A DNA stretch of 20,000 nt, taken from IMG/VR virus record IMGVR_UViG_3300001682_000650, one strand, 5' to 3'. The notes beneath the pieces were generated by a model. It searched no databases, was not told the DNA's origin, and saw only the letters and a list, made by a program, of their open reading frames with translations. The stretch comes from an uncultured virus (IMG/VR IMGVR_UViG_3300001682_000650) (taxonomy: Duplodnaviria > Heunggongvirae > Uroviricota > Caudoviricetes). The translations under genes were made by a program, and so were the position numbers. Positions 1-8,125 of this stretch are shown here, piece after piece (position 1 is the stretch's first letter; each line of letters starts with the position of its first letter).

Positions 1-243
1 TCTGAAATCCAATGTCTTCGCAGGGAAATTATATTCGAGTTATCTGAAAACAATAAATGGCATTATCGGTTTATGTGTCACGGGTACGGTAATGGATACG
101 GAGCCATGTGTCCATGTAAAGAAGACTGTGATTTGAGGATCACTGACTTGAACAAGTGTGTTGATCGTGTATTACCAACTGGATATTCTTATAAAGTTCA
201 AGGAGATTTCTTCAGTAGCGTAAATCCTCAAAAGCATACGTAA
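1..243 (+). CDS. Hypothetical protein, 3' part only (runs off window start)
   Basis: Frame 1 is open from base 1 to TAA at 241-243 (SEIQCLRREII...NPQKHT*) and is co-directional with all neighbours. Confidence 0.6.
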   Translation, partial: SEIQCLRREIIFELSENNKWHYRFMCHGYGNGYGAMCPCKEDCDLRITDLNKCVDRVLPTGYSYKVQGDFFSSVNPQKHT

Positions 244-278
244 AAAATGTTTGTTGATATTATTGCACATAGAAGGGG

Positions 279-500
279 TTGATCTTAGTGCTGAATGAGA
301 TTAAAAAACAACAGGAGCAAGGTATTGTTGGTGTATGCCCACGTTGTGGGCAAAACACAATGGATCCAGAAATACATAGAAACGCATTAAGCAGATACGA
401 GGATATTCATATCTGTAACGCCTGTGGTTCTGATGAAGCATATCTTGATTTTCTGGACATCCCCCCACTCCACATTACAGGGTGGGCGTGTCACAAATAA
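279..500 (+). CDS. Small putative Zn-finger protein
   Basis: CPRC...NALSRY...ICNACG gives two CxxC pairs. The start may instead be GTG 288. Confidence 0.7.
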   Translation: MILVLNEIKKQQEQGIVGVCPRCGQNTMDPEIHRNALSRYEDIHICNACGSDEAYLDFLDIPPLHITGWACHK

Positions 501-594
501 AAATGCACTTGAGATTGGATGTCAACGGTTGTATACGGAGTATCTTATCAAGATGTGTGGTTATCACGCTTATTTTTATAAGGAGGTTGTAATT

Positions 595-1170
595 ATGAAT
601 AATCTATTTAAACCTACATTCGTGGAAGTCAGGATCAAGGAAAATGATTACATTGAAGTTATCAAGAGTATAATTGAAGGTGAGTGCGGTGTCAGTGATT
701 TTGACATGTTTCTCAGCGTAGATGACGAAACTGGATTTGTCAGAACTGTAATTGATGAGTACACCATTTCAGAAGAAGACGAGGAAACACTGTCAGAATA
801 CGGTTACAACATTCAAGAATGGTACTTACTCACCGAAGCAATCCTCAGAAAGATCTTCAATACTGAAAATGTAAGCTCTTACGTAAACCTTGACGAATAT
901 GACGCCATGTGTGAGAACAATGAGTTAATTGTACCTATTCAAGTAGGTTTTGAGGACTATATTAACTTGCACAATACTTACTGCAAGACACCTAAAGGTA
1001 ATATTACAGCAGTTATGTGTCAGAGCGACTACTTCCCCGCTGTAAAGACATACGTTGGAAATGACCTTGCTACTATAACTGAATATAACTACATTAAAGA
1101 CGCAATCAGTATCTATGTATACGACAAGGACAACGATGATTTTATCACTACGGTAAATTGGAACCCTTAA
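595..1170 (+). CDS. Acidic hypothetical protein (191 aa)
   Basis: AGGAGG lies upstream of ATG 595. The ORF-track start at 424 overlaps the previous gene and is unlikely. Confidence 0.75.
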   Translation: MNNLFKPTFVEVRIKENDYIEVIKSIIEGECGVSDFDMFLSVDDETGFVRTVIDEYTISEEDEETLSEYGYNIQEWYLLTEAILRKIFNTENVSSYVNLDEYDAMCENNELIVPIQVGFEDYINLHNTYCKTPKGNITAVMCQSDYFPAVKTYVGNDLATITEYNYIKDAISIYVYDKDNDDFITTVNWNP

Positions 1171-1362
1171 TGAAATGAGGTTGGCGGGTGAAGATTGAAT
1201 ATTTGATTAAGTCAAGTATAGACATGTCACTATTCAAAGTCGTTGAAGAACCTGAGCACTCAATACCGTAGCTGAAAAAGCTACAGGAAAAGTATTGAAT
1301 ATCTGATGACGACATGTGTGAGATATCCTACAATATCAAAATTATTATGGAGTGTGAACAAC

Positions 1363-2091
1363 ATGGCTTACGGTAATTGGGGAGCATTTGTTTGGAAAAA
1401 CGGTGAATTCAGAAAAGATTGCTGCGATACTGGATTTGACACCGGAGATCTGCATATCGGAGGACACGCAGTAATAGATTGTGGTGATTTGGTTTTTGAG
1501 TTTTACAAGTCCTACTTCCCCACCATTTTTGAAAAGAAACCTGATGGAACATATAAGAAGTGGGGCGAAGATGAGTTTATAAGGAGTTATGGGCTCAGCT
1601 ACGTTCAGGACTGCGTAAAAGTAAACATGAGATATCTGTCAGAGGACAAAAAAGAGCCTGACATTGACGATTTCTACTTCTCTTTTAACCGTAGCTCAGT
1701 AGTAACTCTTGCTTATAATGGTTATCATATTGTGTTTATCGGAGACATATTTGACTTAAACATTCCGATTAACACAGTTAAAATTATTACCCCTAACGGT
1801 GACGTTTGGTACTGTGCGTACGGGATGTCTTTTGGAAATGGATTTGATAAAAAAGCAGTGTCTAAATGCCATAACAAGTACATGCGGTATGATGAAGATC
1901 AAAAAGAATATCGATACCTCCGTGGGTTCAACAGAAAAATGAAAAAAGCATACTCCAAAGACAACAGGCGTAACCAGCTTTATTGGATTAGATGTTATAC
2001 TAAAGATTTTCTGAAAAGTATGATAAGGCTCAATTTTGTTGACATGGCATACTACTTTTGTATAATTCAAGACTACATTTATAGAATGTAA
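1363..2091 (+). CDS. Hypothetical phage protein (MAYGNWGAFVWKNG...)
   Basis: GGAG RBS before ATG 1363 and a long ORF. Confidence 0.75.
   Translation: MAYGNWGAFVWKNGEFRKDCCDTGFDTGDLHIGGHAVIDCGDLVFEFYKSYFPTIFEKKPDGTYKKWGEDEFIRSYGLSYVQDCVKVNMRYLSEDKKEPDIDDFYFSFNRSSVVTLAYNGYHIVFIGDIFDLNIPINTVKIITPNGDVWYCAYGMSFGNGFDKKAVSKCHNKYMRYDEDQKEYRYLRGFNRKMKKAYSKDNRRNQLYWIRCYTKDFLKSMIRLNFVDMAYYFCIIQDYIYRM
2039..2066 (+). promoter_or_regulatory. Candidate sigmaA/sigma70 promoter inside the 3' end of a CDS
   Basis: TTGACA (2039-2044), 16-bp spacer, TATAAT (2061-2066). Both hexamers are perfect consensus. Confidence 0.5.
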
Positions 2092-2099
2092 CCTACACC

Positions 2100-2140
2100 A
2101 CCCCACCACACCCACATAATTTGGCGGTGGGGTTTTTTAT
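2100..2140 (+). terminator. Intrinsic terminator-like hairpin
   Basis: ACCCCACC...GGTGGGGT stem followed by a T tract. Confidence 0.6.
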
Positions 2141-2160
2141 GCTATTAAATGCAATTACTA

Positions 2161-2214
2161 AAGGAGGTAAATTATGACTAAAACAGTTTTATTAAATGGT
2201 GTAATTGGAAGAGG
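2161..2214 (+). repeat. 54-bp exact direct repeat, copy 1 (RBS plus start of MTKTVLLNGVIGR)
   Basis: Identical to 3494-3547. Confidence 0.95.
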
Positions 2215-2401
2215 GATCAATGGTTTATCTGAAATCAGAATAACTACAGACGATGATATTAATTTGTCAGAAAAAATTATCTGTTTTACAGGAGAGATAA
2301 AAGAGATGGATAGTTATTTTAATAACCATCCGTTAAGTGGTGTACATAATTTTACAGTAAACACTCAAAACATTATTGCCATAATGGAAAAAGTAACATA
2401 A
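2174..2401 (+). CDS. Hypothetical protein (75 aa)
   Basis: Strong AAGGAGG RBS. Confidence 0.75.
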   Translation: MTKTVLLNGVIGRGINGLSEIRITTDDDINLSEKIICFTGEIKEMDSYFNNHPLSGVHNFTVNTQNIIAIMEKVT

Positions 2402-2467
2402 AGCGTGATGACTGTTACGCTTTACTTACGGGTACTTAAACTAAAATAAGTGAAAGGATGAATTATT

Positions 2468-3220
2468 ATGGGATTAGATTGGCACTCAACTACATTTGCA
2501 ACAGAGCAAGACAAGGAAGATTGGGTTTATACACACTGTCAAGAGAAGTTGGCTGATGGTGTACCATTAGAAGAATTAATTAAAGAGGCTCCCACATATA
2601 TGCAGCCATGTTATTTGGTTAATGCCCCTAAAATGAAAAGCAGGGCCTCGTTTGACGACTTTGTATTAAAGGAAATTGAAGATCATAGAGAGGAAGCTAT
2701 AAGGATATCACAGCAAGAACACTACAATCATGCCTATGCGGAGTATTGGAAAAATGCTACCTTGGAAAGTGTGAAAAAAGATATGGGGGACAAGTTCGAT
2801 TGTGAAAACTGTCCGTTATTGAAAGCACTTCAAGGATCAGATTCAAGTGAAAGTCCATTTTTAGGAGTAACTGTAAAATCATGTGACTTTCGTGGCAAGA
2901 TTATCTCCAATGATGAAGCTATAGATGGGCAGTTACAAGACATGGCTTTTGAAGACATGGATCCAAATAGGATGCTTGAATATGCTGATTTACTTGAAGA
3001 AGAGCTGGAAAGACTACGTAAGAACGGATTTCTTAACAAAGATAGCTATGGGCAGTATTGCCGTGAGTATGACGAAGACGAATGGCCGTTAAAAGATGCA
3101 AAACTGTCTAAAGAGCAGTACGAAAAATCTATGCACTGGAGAGAAAAGAACATAAGAGAAGCTATTCATTGGTTACGCGTTTGTTCGGGGTTTGGTATCC
3201 ATAAATATGCTTCTTATTAA
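2468..3220 (+). CDS. Hypothetical protein (250 aa, MGLD N-terminus)
   Basis: GAAAGGA RBS and a long ORF. Confidence 0.8.
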   Translation: MGLDWHSTTFATEQDKEDWVYTHCQEKLADGVPLEELIKEAPTYMQPCYLVNAPKMKSRASFDDFVLKEIEDHREEAIRISQQEHYNHAYAEYWKNATLESVKKDMGDKFDCENCPLLKALQGSDSSESPFLGVTVKSCDFRGKIISNDEAIDGQLQDMAFEDMDPNRMLEYADLLEEELERLRKNGFLNKDSYGQYCREYDEDEWPLKDAKLSKEQYEKSMHWREKNIREAIHWLRVCSGFGIHKYASY

Positions 3221-3273
3221 TGGGGAGGTGGTTAACAACCCCCAACCTTATTTTTAATTTAGGAGGATTTATC

Positions 3274-3510
3274 ATGAAAAAGATTCGTGTACCAGTAACT
3301 TGGGAGTGTTATGGTGTTGTGGAAGTAGAGGTTCCAGACAATCTTCCCAAAGAAAAAGCTATCGATATGGCTATTAATATCGCTAATGATGATGAAATTC
3401 CTTTACCCGATGACTGGGAGTATGTAGATAGTAGCTGGAGGGCAGACGATGAAGGAGAACTGACAAGGCTCTTTTACGATCAGGACTATCCAGAAGGAGG
3501 TAAATTATGA
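3274..3510 (+). CDS. Small acidic hypothetical protein
   Basis: AGGAGG before ATG 3274. Confidence 0.75.
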   Translation: MKKIRVPVTWECYGVVEVEVPDNLPKEKAIDMAINIANDDEIPLPDDWEYVDSSWRADDEGELTRLFYDQDYPEGGKL

Positions 3511-3547
3511 CTAAAACAGTTTTATTAAATGGTGTAATTGGAAGAGG
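3494..3547 (+). repeat. 54-bp exact direct repeat, copy 2 (truncated gene start; 17-aa ORF at 3507-3560)
   Basis: Identical to 2161-2214. Reads MTKTVLLNGVIGRGGVT*. Confidence 0.95.
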
Positions 3548-3556
3548 TGGTGTAAC

Positions 3557-3721
3557 ATGAAAAATAAAGAGCTATTCGACAGAGCAAACCAGGACAAAGA
3601 CTTAAACCTACAGGCAAAGTTGAGAGACGATTTTGAAGCATGGTGCAAAAACAATGGCAGAACACCCCTAAACCCGCAATCCATCATCGATTGGTGGGGC
3701 AAAGAAGTCGAATGGCAATGA
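3557..3721 (+). CDS. Hypothetical protein (54 aa; not in ORF track)
   Basis: GAGGTG RBS. MKNKELFDRANQDKD...WWGKEVEWQ*. Confidence 0.6.
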   Translation: MKNKELFDRANQDKDLNLQAKLRDDFEAWCKNNGRTPLNPQSIIDWWGKEVEWQ

Positions 3722-3842
3722 GATCGTATCTGTGAACTAAAAGAACAATATGGTGAGTATCTTCCAGAAGATTTTGATTATGAGAACAAGTGTATTCATT
3801 ATGTAGGAACTGTATTCGGGTAATATTGAAAGGATGGTTGTA

Positions 3843-4199
3843 ATGATGAAAAAGTGGAAAAACCATTACTTTGAAAGTTCTTGTTATAAGACAGAGGATT
3901 TCAAAGCATTTGCAAGAGATTTAAAGAAATACATTAACAAAAACTTGCCCCCCTCCTCAAAATTAGTTAATTGGAGTGTGGGGCATTTTTATGTTTCAGG
4001 ATTCATTCAAAAAGGCGAACAGTATGTGTATTTTTCACTCCGTGATGTTCGTGGGGGTGATTGGTACGATAATATCCTGATCAGAACCGCCGCCCACGAC
4101 AAAGATTATACGGGTGGGTGGAATAACTATACCAGTATTGAATTCTTTGGTCAGTCTGTTCAAAATCTGTTCCAACGAAATGAGGTGATTGCCGTATGA
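3843..4199 (+). CDS. Hypothetical phage protein
   Basis: GAAAGGA RBS. ATGA overlap with the next gene. Confidence 0.75.
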   Translation: MMKKWKNHYFESSCYKTEDFKAFARDLKKYINKNLPPSSKLVNWSVGHFYVSGFIQKGEQYVYFSLRDVRGGDWYDNILIRTAAHDKDYTGGWNNYTSIEFFGQSVQNLFQRNEVIAV

Positions 4200-4390
4200 C
4201 AAAAAAAGATATCCTGAAAAGATTGATCAAAGTACAAAAACTCTTGTGGAAGAACGATGACTTAATGAATCAAGAAACATTATTCGACCTACAAGACGAA
4301 GTCCAAACTCTCGTGTTAAAAGTAGCCGAGGACACAAATTCAACTGACATAATACTTAAAGAATTTCCTTGGCTATACAAGCAATCATAA
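4196..4390 (+). CDS. Hypothetical protein (64 aa)
   Basis: GAGGTG RBS. Translationally coupled to the upstream gene. Confidence 0.7.
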   Translation: MTKKDILKRLIKVQKLLWKNDDLMNQETLFDLQDEVQTLVLKVAEDTNSTDIILKEFPWLYKQS

Positions 4391-4439
4391 CCCCACCAAT
4401 GTAAAAAATATTGAGTTGTTTTTGGAAGGAGATGATTCA

Positions 4440-4829
4440 TTGTTCAACAAAGATACAAAAAGACGTGCAGAAATTCTCAATATACCAAACGATTATCCTA
4501 CTGGAGGTATCAGAAAATTCAGAAATGCGACAGTTGAACAAATCAAGACACTCATGGACGAGAACTTTTTAGATCCGTCAGACACGCAGAATGATTCCCC
4601 CACTGCAAAAGAATTTCTGGAATTTATGCAGGGATACCCAGAGGTAAGAGCACATGGGTATGTTGTAAGTCCTGATAGAGACGACTACCGTGTTACAATC
4701 GAGGGGCTTGAATGCCCAGAGTTTAAATTAACAGAAGATTCTTTTGGTTTGTACATCGACTTTATAAAACTATGTAGACATGCAGACGAATTTGAAATAG
4801 ATTCGTACCTATATAGTTGGTGGGACTGA
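4440..4829 (+). CDS. Hypothetical phage protein (QNDSPT...HGYVVS...WWD)
   Basis: AAGGAG RBS before TTG 4440. Confidence 0.75.
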   Translation: MFNKDTKRRAEILNIPNDYPTGGIRKFRNATVEQIKTLMDENFLDPSDTQNDSPTAKEFLEFMQGYPEVRAHGYVVSPDRDDYRVTIEGLECPEFKLTEDSFGLYIDFIKLCRHADEFEIDSYLYSWWD

Positions 4830-4860
4830 TTAAGAAATGATTTACACAGGAGGTGCTTTA

Positions 4861-5022
4861 ATGATGGCTTATAATGAATATGCTTATCGAGTATGGGTAG
4901 GCAAAAGAGAAACAAAAAGATGTGTGTTAATAAACGCATGTAATGGTGTCGCCGCAAGAATAATTGCTATGCAGAAATATCCTGGTGAAAGTATAGGTGC
5001 TGTATGGAGAGTAAGTATATAA
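4861..5022 (+). CDS. Small hypothetical protein
   Basis: AGGAGG before ATG 4861. Confidence 0.6.
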   Translation: MMAYNEYAYRVWVGKRETKRCVLINACNGVAARIIAMQKYPGESIGAVWRVSI

Positions 5023-5468
5023 CGAAGACTTATATAAAAAGTCTTCTCAAGGAAGTTTGCGATATTTTAAAATGCAAACCTCCAAAAATCATTTTTTTGT
5101 CAGATGACATATTTATGGAAGCTATATGCAATCTTCCAGTGACAGAGTCAATGATGAAATCAGGAGTGTACAAGGACTTCTATAACGAATACGCATCATT
5201 CGCAGCTATGGGAATGGGCAAGATTGTAATGTCACTAAGCAGAGCAAATAAGTTTTTACGTGGTTTCTCTGAAAAACAAGTGTGCGAGTACTTAAAGTAT
5301 GTTCTTGGACACGAAGTTGGTCACTTGTTAGATTGGAACGATGACCCATTTGAAAACGAGATGGTAGCTTGTACGTATGGCAAGATGGTGAGCGATGTTG
5401 CCGTGTATGAGGAAGTCAGCAGAGTGCTTTGGAAACCTATTTACGATAGCATAGAGGACGGTGATTAA
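5004..5468 (+). CDS. Putative zincin-like metallopeptidase (HExxH)
   Basis: VLGHEVGHLL motif followed by a downstream E (ENEMVA), similar to ImmA/IrrE-type peptidases. Confidence 0.55.
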   Translation: MESKYITKTYIKSLLKEVCDILKCKPPKIIFLSDDIFMEAICNLPVTESMMKSGVYKDFYNEYASFAAMGMGKIVMSLSRANKFLRGFSEKQVCEYLKYVLGHEVGHLLDWNDDPFENEMVACTYGKMVSDVAVYEEVSRVLWKPIYDSIEDGD

Positions 5469-5778
5469 AATGCTCAAGCTCGCTGAAGATTCCAGAAAAG
5501 TAATTCCAACTGATAAGTTGTTCAGAAAAGGACAGGAAATAATCTATAAAGGTGTCCTGTACACACGTAAAGTAAAGGACAATGACATTATGAAAAGACA
5601 GATAGTGTCTGGAGTTATTGAGTACGTAACTCCTTATGTAGTTGGAGTTAGAGAACCTAACGGTCAGATGCAAACATTTACGGCTGTTGATTTATTTACA
5701 GGTGACGTTACAGTTATACGCAATGAAAAAGACTTGTTTTCGTTATTGTTGGGTTATGACGATAGTTTTGCGGTTTAA
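5461..5778 (+). CDS. Hypothetical protein (possible SH3/Sm-like fold)
   Basis: Overlaps the previous stop codon. The start may be ATG 5470. Confidence 0.65.
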   Translation: MIKMLKLAEDSRKVIPTDKLFRKGQEIIYKGVLYTRKVKDNDIMKRQIVSGVIEYVTPYVVGVREPNGQMQTFTAVDLFTGDVTVIRNEKDLFSLLLGYDDSFAV

Positions 5779-5826
5779 TCTACGTTACAGTGTGACTGAT
5801 AACGTAACATGCGAAGGAGTGTGCAC

Positions 5827-6078
5827 ATGAATAAGGTTTATTTCTTTCAAGACCCTACAAGGGATACCGGTTTGTTCATAGCAGCAAAATCATGGAAAGA
5901 AGCACGAAGCATATCGCTTACTGGTGATTACGACATGTTAGCGTATATATCATTTCCAGAAATTAGAGGGAAATTATTGAGGGATAGCTACGGTAAGCCG
6001 TATAAGACAGAATTGTATGGTCAGTTAGAACTGTACCAGCTAGATGCGATGAAAATACCTTATGTTTTGATTGAATGA
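5827..6078 (+). CDS. Hypothetical protein
   Basis: AAGGAG before ATG 5827. Confidence 0.7.
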   Translation: MNKVYFFQDPTRDTGLFIAAKSWKEARSISLTGDYDMLAYISFPEIRGKLLRDSYGKPYKTELYGQLELYQLDAMKIPYVLIE

Positions 6079-6089
6079 TAGTGTAGAAA

Positions 6090-6154
6090 GTCAACTACCC
6101 ACCACTTAGTCTTTAACAGGACTTGAAGTGGGGGCTTGTAGTTTAAGCCCAGTT
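6090..6154 (+). mobile_element. IscB/HEARO-type IS200/IS605 end (5' start of omega-RNA scaffold), truncated copy A
   Basis: GTCAACTACCC...GAAGTGGGGGCTTG...AAGCCCAGTT with nested hairpins. Identical to 14117-14181 at 64 of 65 positions. Confidence 0.75.
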
Positions 6155-6205
6155 CACGATAGAGACATAAATGCAAGCAAGAATCTACTGAAATTAGCTA
6201 TATAA
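6155..6205 (+). pseudogene. tnpB: tnpB C-terminal fragment (RuvC-III motif)
   Basis: CAC GAT AGA GAC ATA AAT GCA AGC AAG AAT CTA CTG AAA TTA GCT ATA TAA = HDRDINASKNLLKLAI*, matching the canonical DRDxNAxxN TnpB terminus. Confidence 0.8.
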
Positions 6206-6326
6206 CTTTAGTAATAATGAGGTTGGAACAACCTTTAGAGCTTGGGTAAACTTGGTAGCATTGGCTATATTGACCAAGAAGCTCCCACCTCAACGAACGA
6301 ATGTGAGTAAGTGGTGAGCAGTTCAC
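6206..6326 (+). ncRNA. TnpB right end / omega-RNA (reRNA) scaffold of an IS200/IS605-family element
   Basis: Hairpins AGGTTG-GAA-CAACCT, CTTGG...GTAGC-ATTG-GCTAT...CCAAG and GCTCCCAC...GTGGTGAGC, ending in AGTTCAC (TCAC end) directly downstream of the tnpB tail. Confidence 0.7.
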
Positions 6327-6382
6327 GTTTCCATAATCCAGTAATACAGCGTACTTGATAAATTGAATATAGTAAATTTCCA

Positions 6383-6411
6383 TTGAGATTTTTGATTATA
6401 TACTATATAAT
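6383..6411 (+). promoter_or_regulatory. sigmaA-type promoter
   Basis: TTGAGA, 17-bp spacer, TATAAT, with AT-rich upstream sequence. Lies 23 bp before ATG 6435. Confidence 0.7.
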
Positions 6412-6434
6412 CTCTGTATGAAAGGGATATTTAT

Positions 6435-6719
6435 ATGTATTCGAGTGAACAAGTAAACGCTGTAAAAGAGTATCTTAAAACTAAATTTTTCAAAGGTGAG
6501 ATTGAGTCATTAGAGCTTGTCACAACGCTATTGACTATGCACCGTGCTGAAAAAATAACAGAAGATGACGTGGCAAATATTGTATTAGACGTGTATATGG
6601 GTAATGCAGAAGGAGCACTTAGAGCTCTAACAAACGCATCTAAAGTCATATCTGATAACGATATTGATCAAATACTTATTAATCTTGAAAAGAAACGCCA
6701 CGCTACACAAGAAAAATAG
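6435..6719 (+). CDS. Hypothetical helical protein (94 aa)
   Basis: AAAGGG RBS. First gene after the promoter. Confidence 0.75.
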   Translation: MYSSEQVNAVKEYLKTKFFKGEIESLELVTTLLTMHRAEKITEDDVANIVLDVYMGNAEGALRALTNASKVISDNDIDQILINLEKKRHATQEK

Positions 6720-6765
6720 TAGTTGTTAAGCAATGTGTTAGACCACCTACTCTATACAGAGAGAG

Positions 6766-7320
6766 GTGTTATTAATGTTGCTTTCTGCTAGAGAAATAGC
6801 GGGGTTCTCAAGAAACGGAGTCGTATCACTTAAAGAACTCAAAGAAGTAAACTACTACATTTACAAGTTATATCTTAAGAATAAAAATCTTTTTGATGAG
6901 CTGTTGCTAATCAATCATCAAGTCTATGTCTTGAACGATGTACGATTCAGGAGAAATACAGAACAGGTACGTTTGTACTTACTATATCATCATGGAAAAG
7001 ATATAAACATTTCAGATTTAAGAAAAACTGACTACAAAGCATACAAAAATATGTGTATTGTGGGCGGGATTGATTATTTCAAAAAACTTGGATTTAATTT
7101 CACGTACAACAAGAAACACAAGTATATGAAAAAATTGCAAAATATGTGTGACAAAAATGGATTCCTCCTCCCGCCCAAACAAAAACACTATCCAAAAATG
7201 TATAATGCTTTGAGGACTGCTGCTTATATGAAAGGGATGACATATGTGGAGTACTTGCAGTATTTAGGTTTCAAAGTCAAGGACAGAAAGGGCTGGAAAG
7301 ATGCTGAAAATGAGTCTTGA
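6766..7320 (+). CDS. Basic hypothetical protein (possibly nucleic-acid binding)
   Basis: K/Y-rich ORF with two ..LGF.. units. GAGGTG RBS suggests the start is ATG 6775. Confidence 0.7.
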   Translation: MLLMLLSAREIAGFSRNGVVSLKELKEVNYYIYKLYLKNKNLFDELLLINHQVYVLNDVRFRRNTEQVRLYLLYHHGKDINISDLRKTDYKAYKNMCIVGGIDYFKKLGFNFTYNKKHKYMKKLQNMCDKNGFLLPPKQKHYPKMYNALRTAAYMKGMTYVEYLQYLGFKVKDRKGWKDAENES

Positions 7321-8104
7321 TAGTTTCGTGTACAGAGTATACGGAATTGACTTAAAAAAGTATTCTCTCGGTTTATGCCATAGATATCCAAACATTAAAG
7401 GCAGGTATAATAAGGCTGTTAACGATGCGCTACCGTATGTAAAACGTAGTGAAATCATCAACGCAGTTGGATACTTTTTGAACAAGAACTACAGACATGA
7501 TTATGATATTGCATATTACAATGTTCTAAAGGATTGCGTTGAGGCAAAAATAAGAAATGACTTCAGGAAAGCACAGAGTATTATATATTCACAACCATAC
7601 TCGATATCAATAGATTTCGAGTCAGATATTATTGAGTTCGAACACACATTTGGTCTGCAAGAATACATAATGGCTATTGTTAATAAAACATACGGAACAA
7701 ATCACAAGTGGGAGGACTATTGTGGCAATTGGCTTTCAGCAATTTCTGAAAAAGAATCAAAAATCATAAAGAATGGATACAAAGCAACAGAAGAAACCGT
7801 ATTTATCAAGTTACTAAGCTATCTCGGAGATTGGGGAAAGCATTTTGATGGCGGAGATCTGTTTAAATTAGACATCTCATCGATTAATGTAGAAGTTAAA
7901 GAAAGATATTCTGTGGAAGAGGTCGTCGAATACCTTAAAAAGACCAGTGTTAATGCGCATACAGGCACATCTCATTATGGACAACATATTAAGTCGCTCA
8001 TCAATTCTGCTAGAAGGGAGCGTGAAGCAAAAATCAAAAAGCAAAAATCTAAAGAACGCTCAAAATATCTTCGTGAACTTCACAAAAAGAACGACAATAT
8101 CTAA
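7301..8104 (+). CDS. Hypothetical protein (267 aa)
   Basis: Long ORF overlapping the upstream stop, with a basic C-terminus. Confidence 0.75.
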   Translation: MLKMSLDSFVYRVYGIDLKKYSLGLCHRYPNIKGRYNKAVNDALPYVKRSEIINAVGYFLNKNYRHDYDIAYYNVLKDCVEAKIRNDFRKAQSIIYSQPYSISIDFESDIIEFEHTFGLQEYIMAIVNKTYGTNHKWEDYCGNWLSAISEKESKIIKNGYKATEETVFIKLLSYLGDWGKHFDGGDLFKLDISSINVEVKERYSVEEVVEYLKKTSVNAHTGTSHYGQHIKSLINSARREREAKIKKQKSKERSKYLRELHKKNDNI

Positions 8105-8125
8105 AAACTGAACGGATGTGATTTT

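Noticed and set aside
1188..1362. Possible gene between the 595 and 1363 CDSs
   Set aside because: Only short interrupted frames are present. It may be a decayed gene but this cannot be supported.
6327..6346. In-window target for the putative TnpB guide
   Set aside because: Only a short chance match (ATAATCCAG near 9402) was seen, with no extended complementarity.
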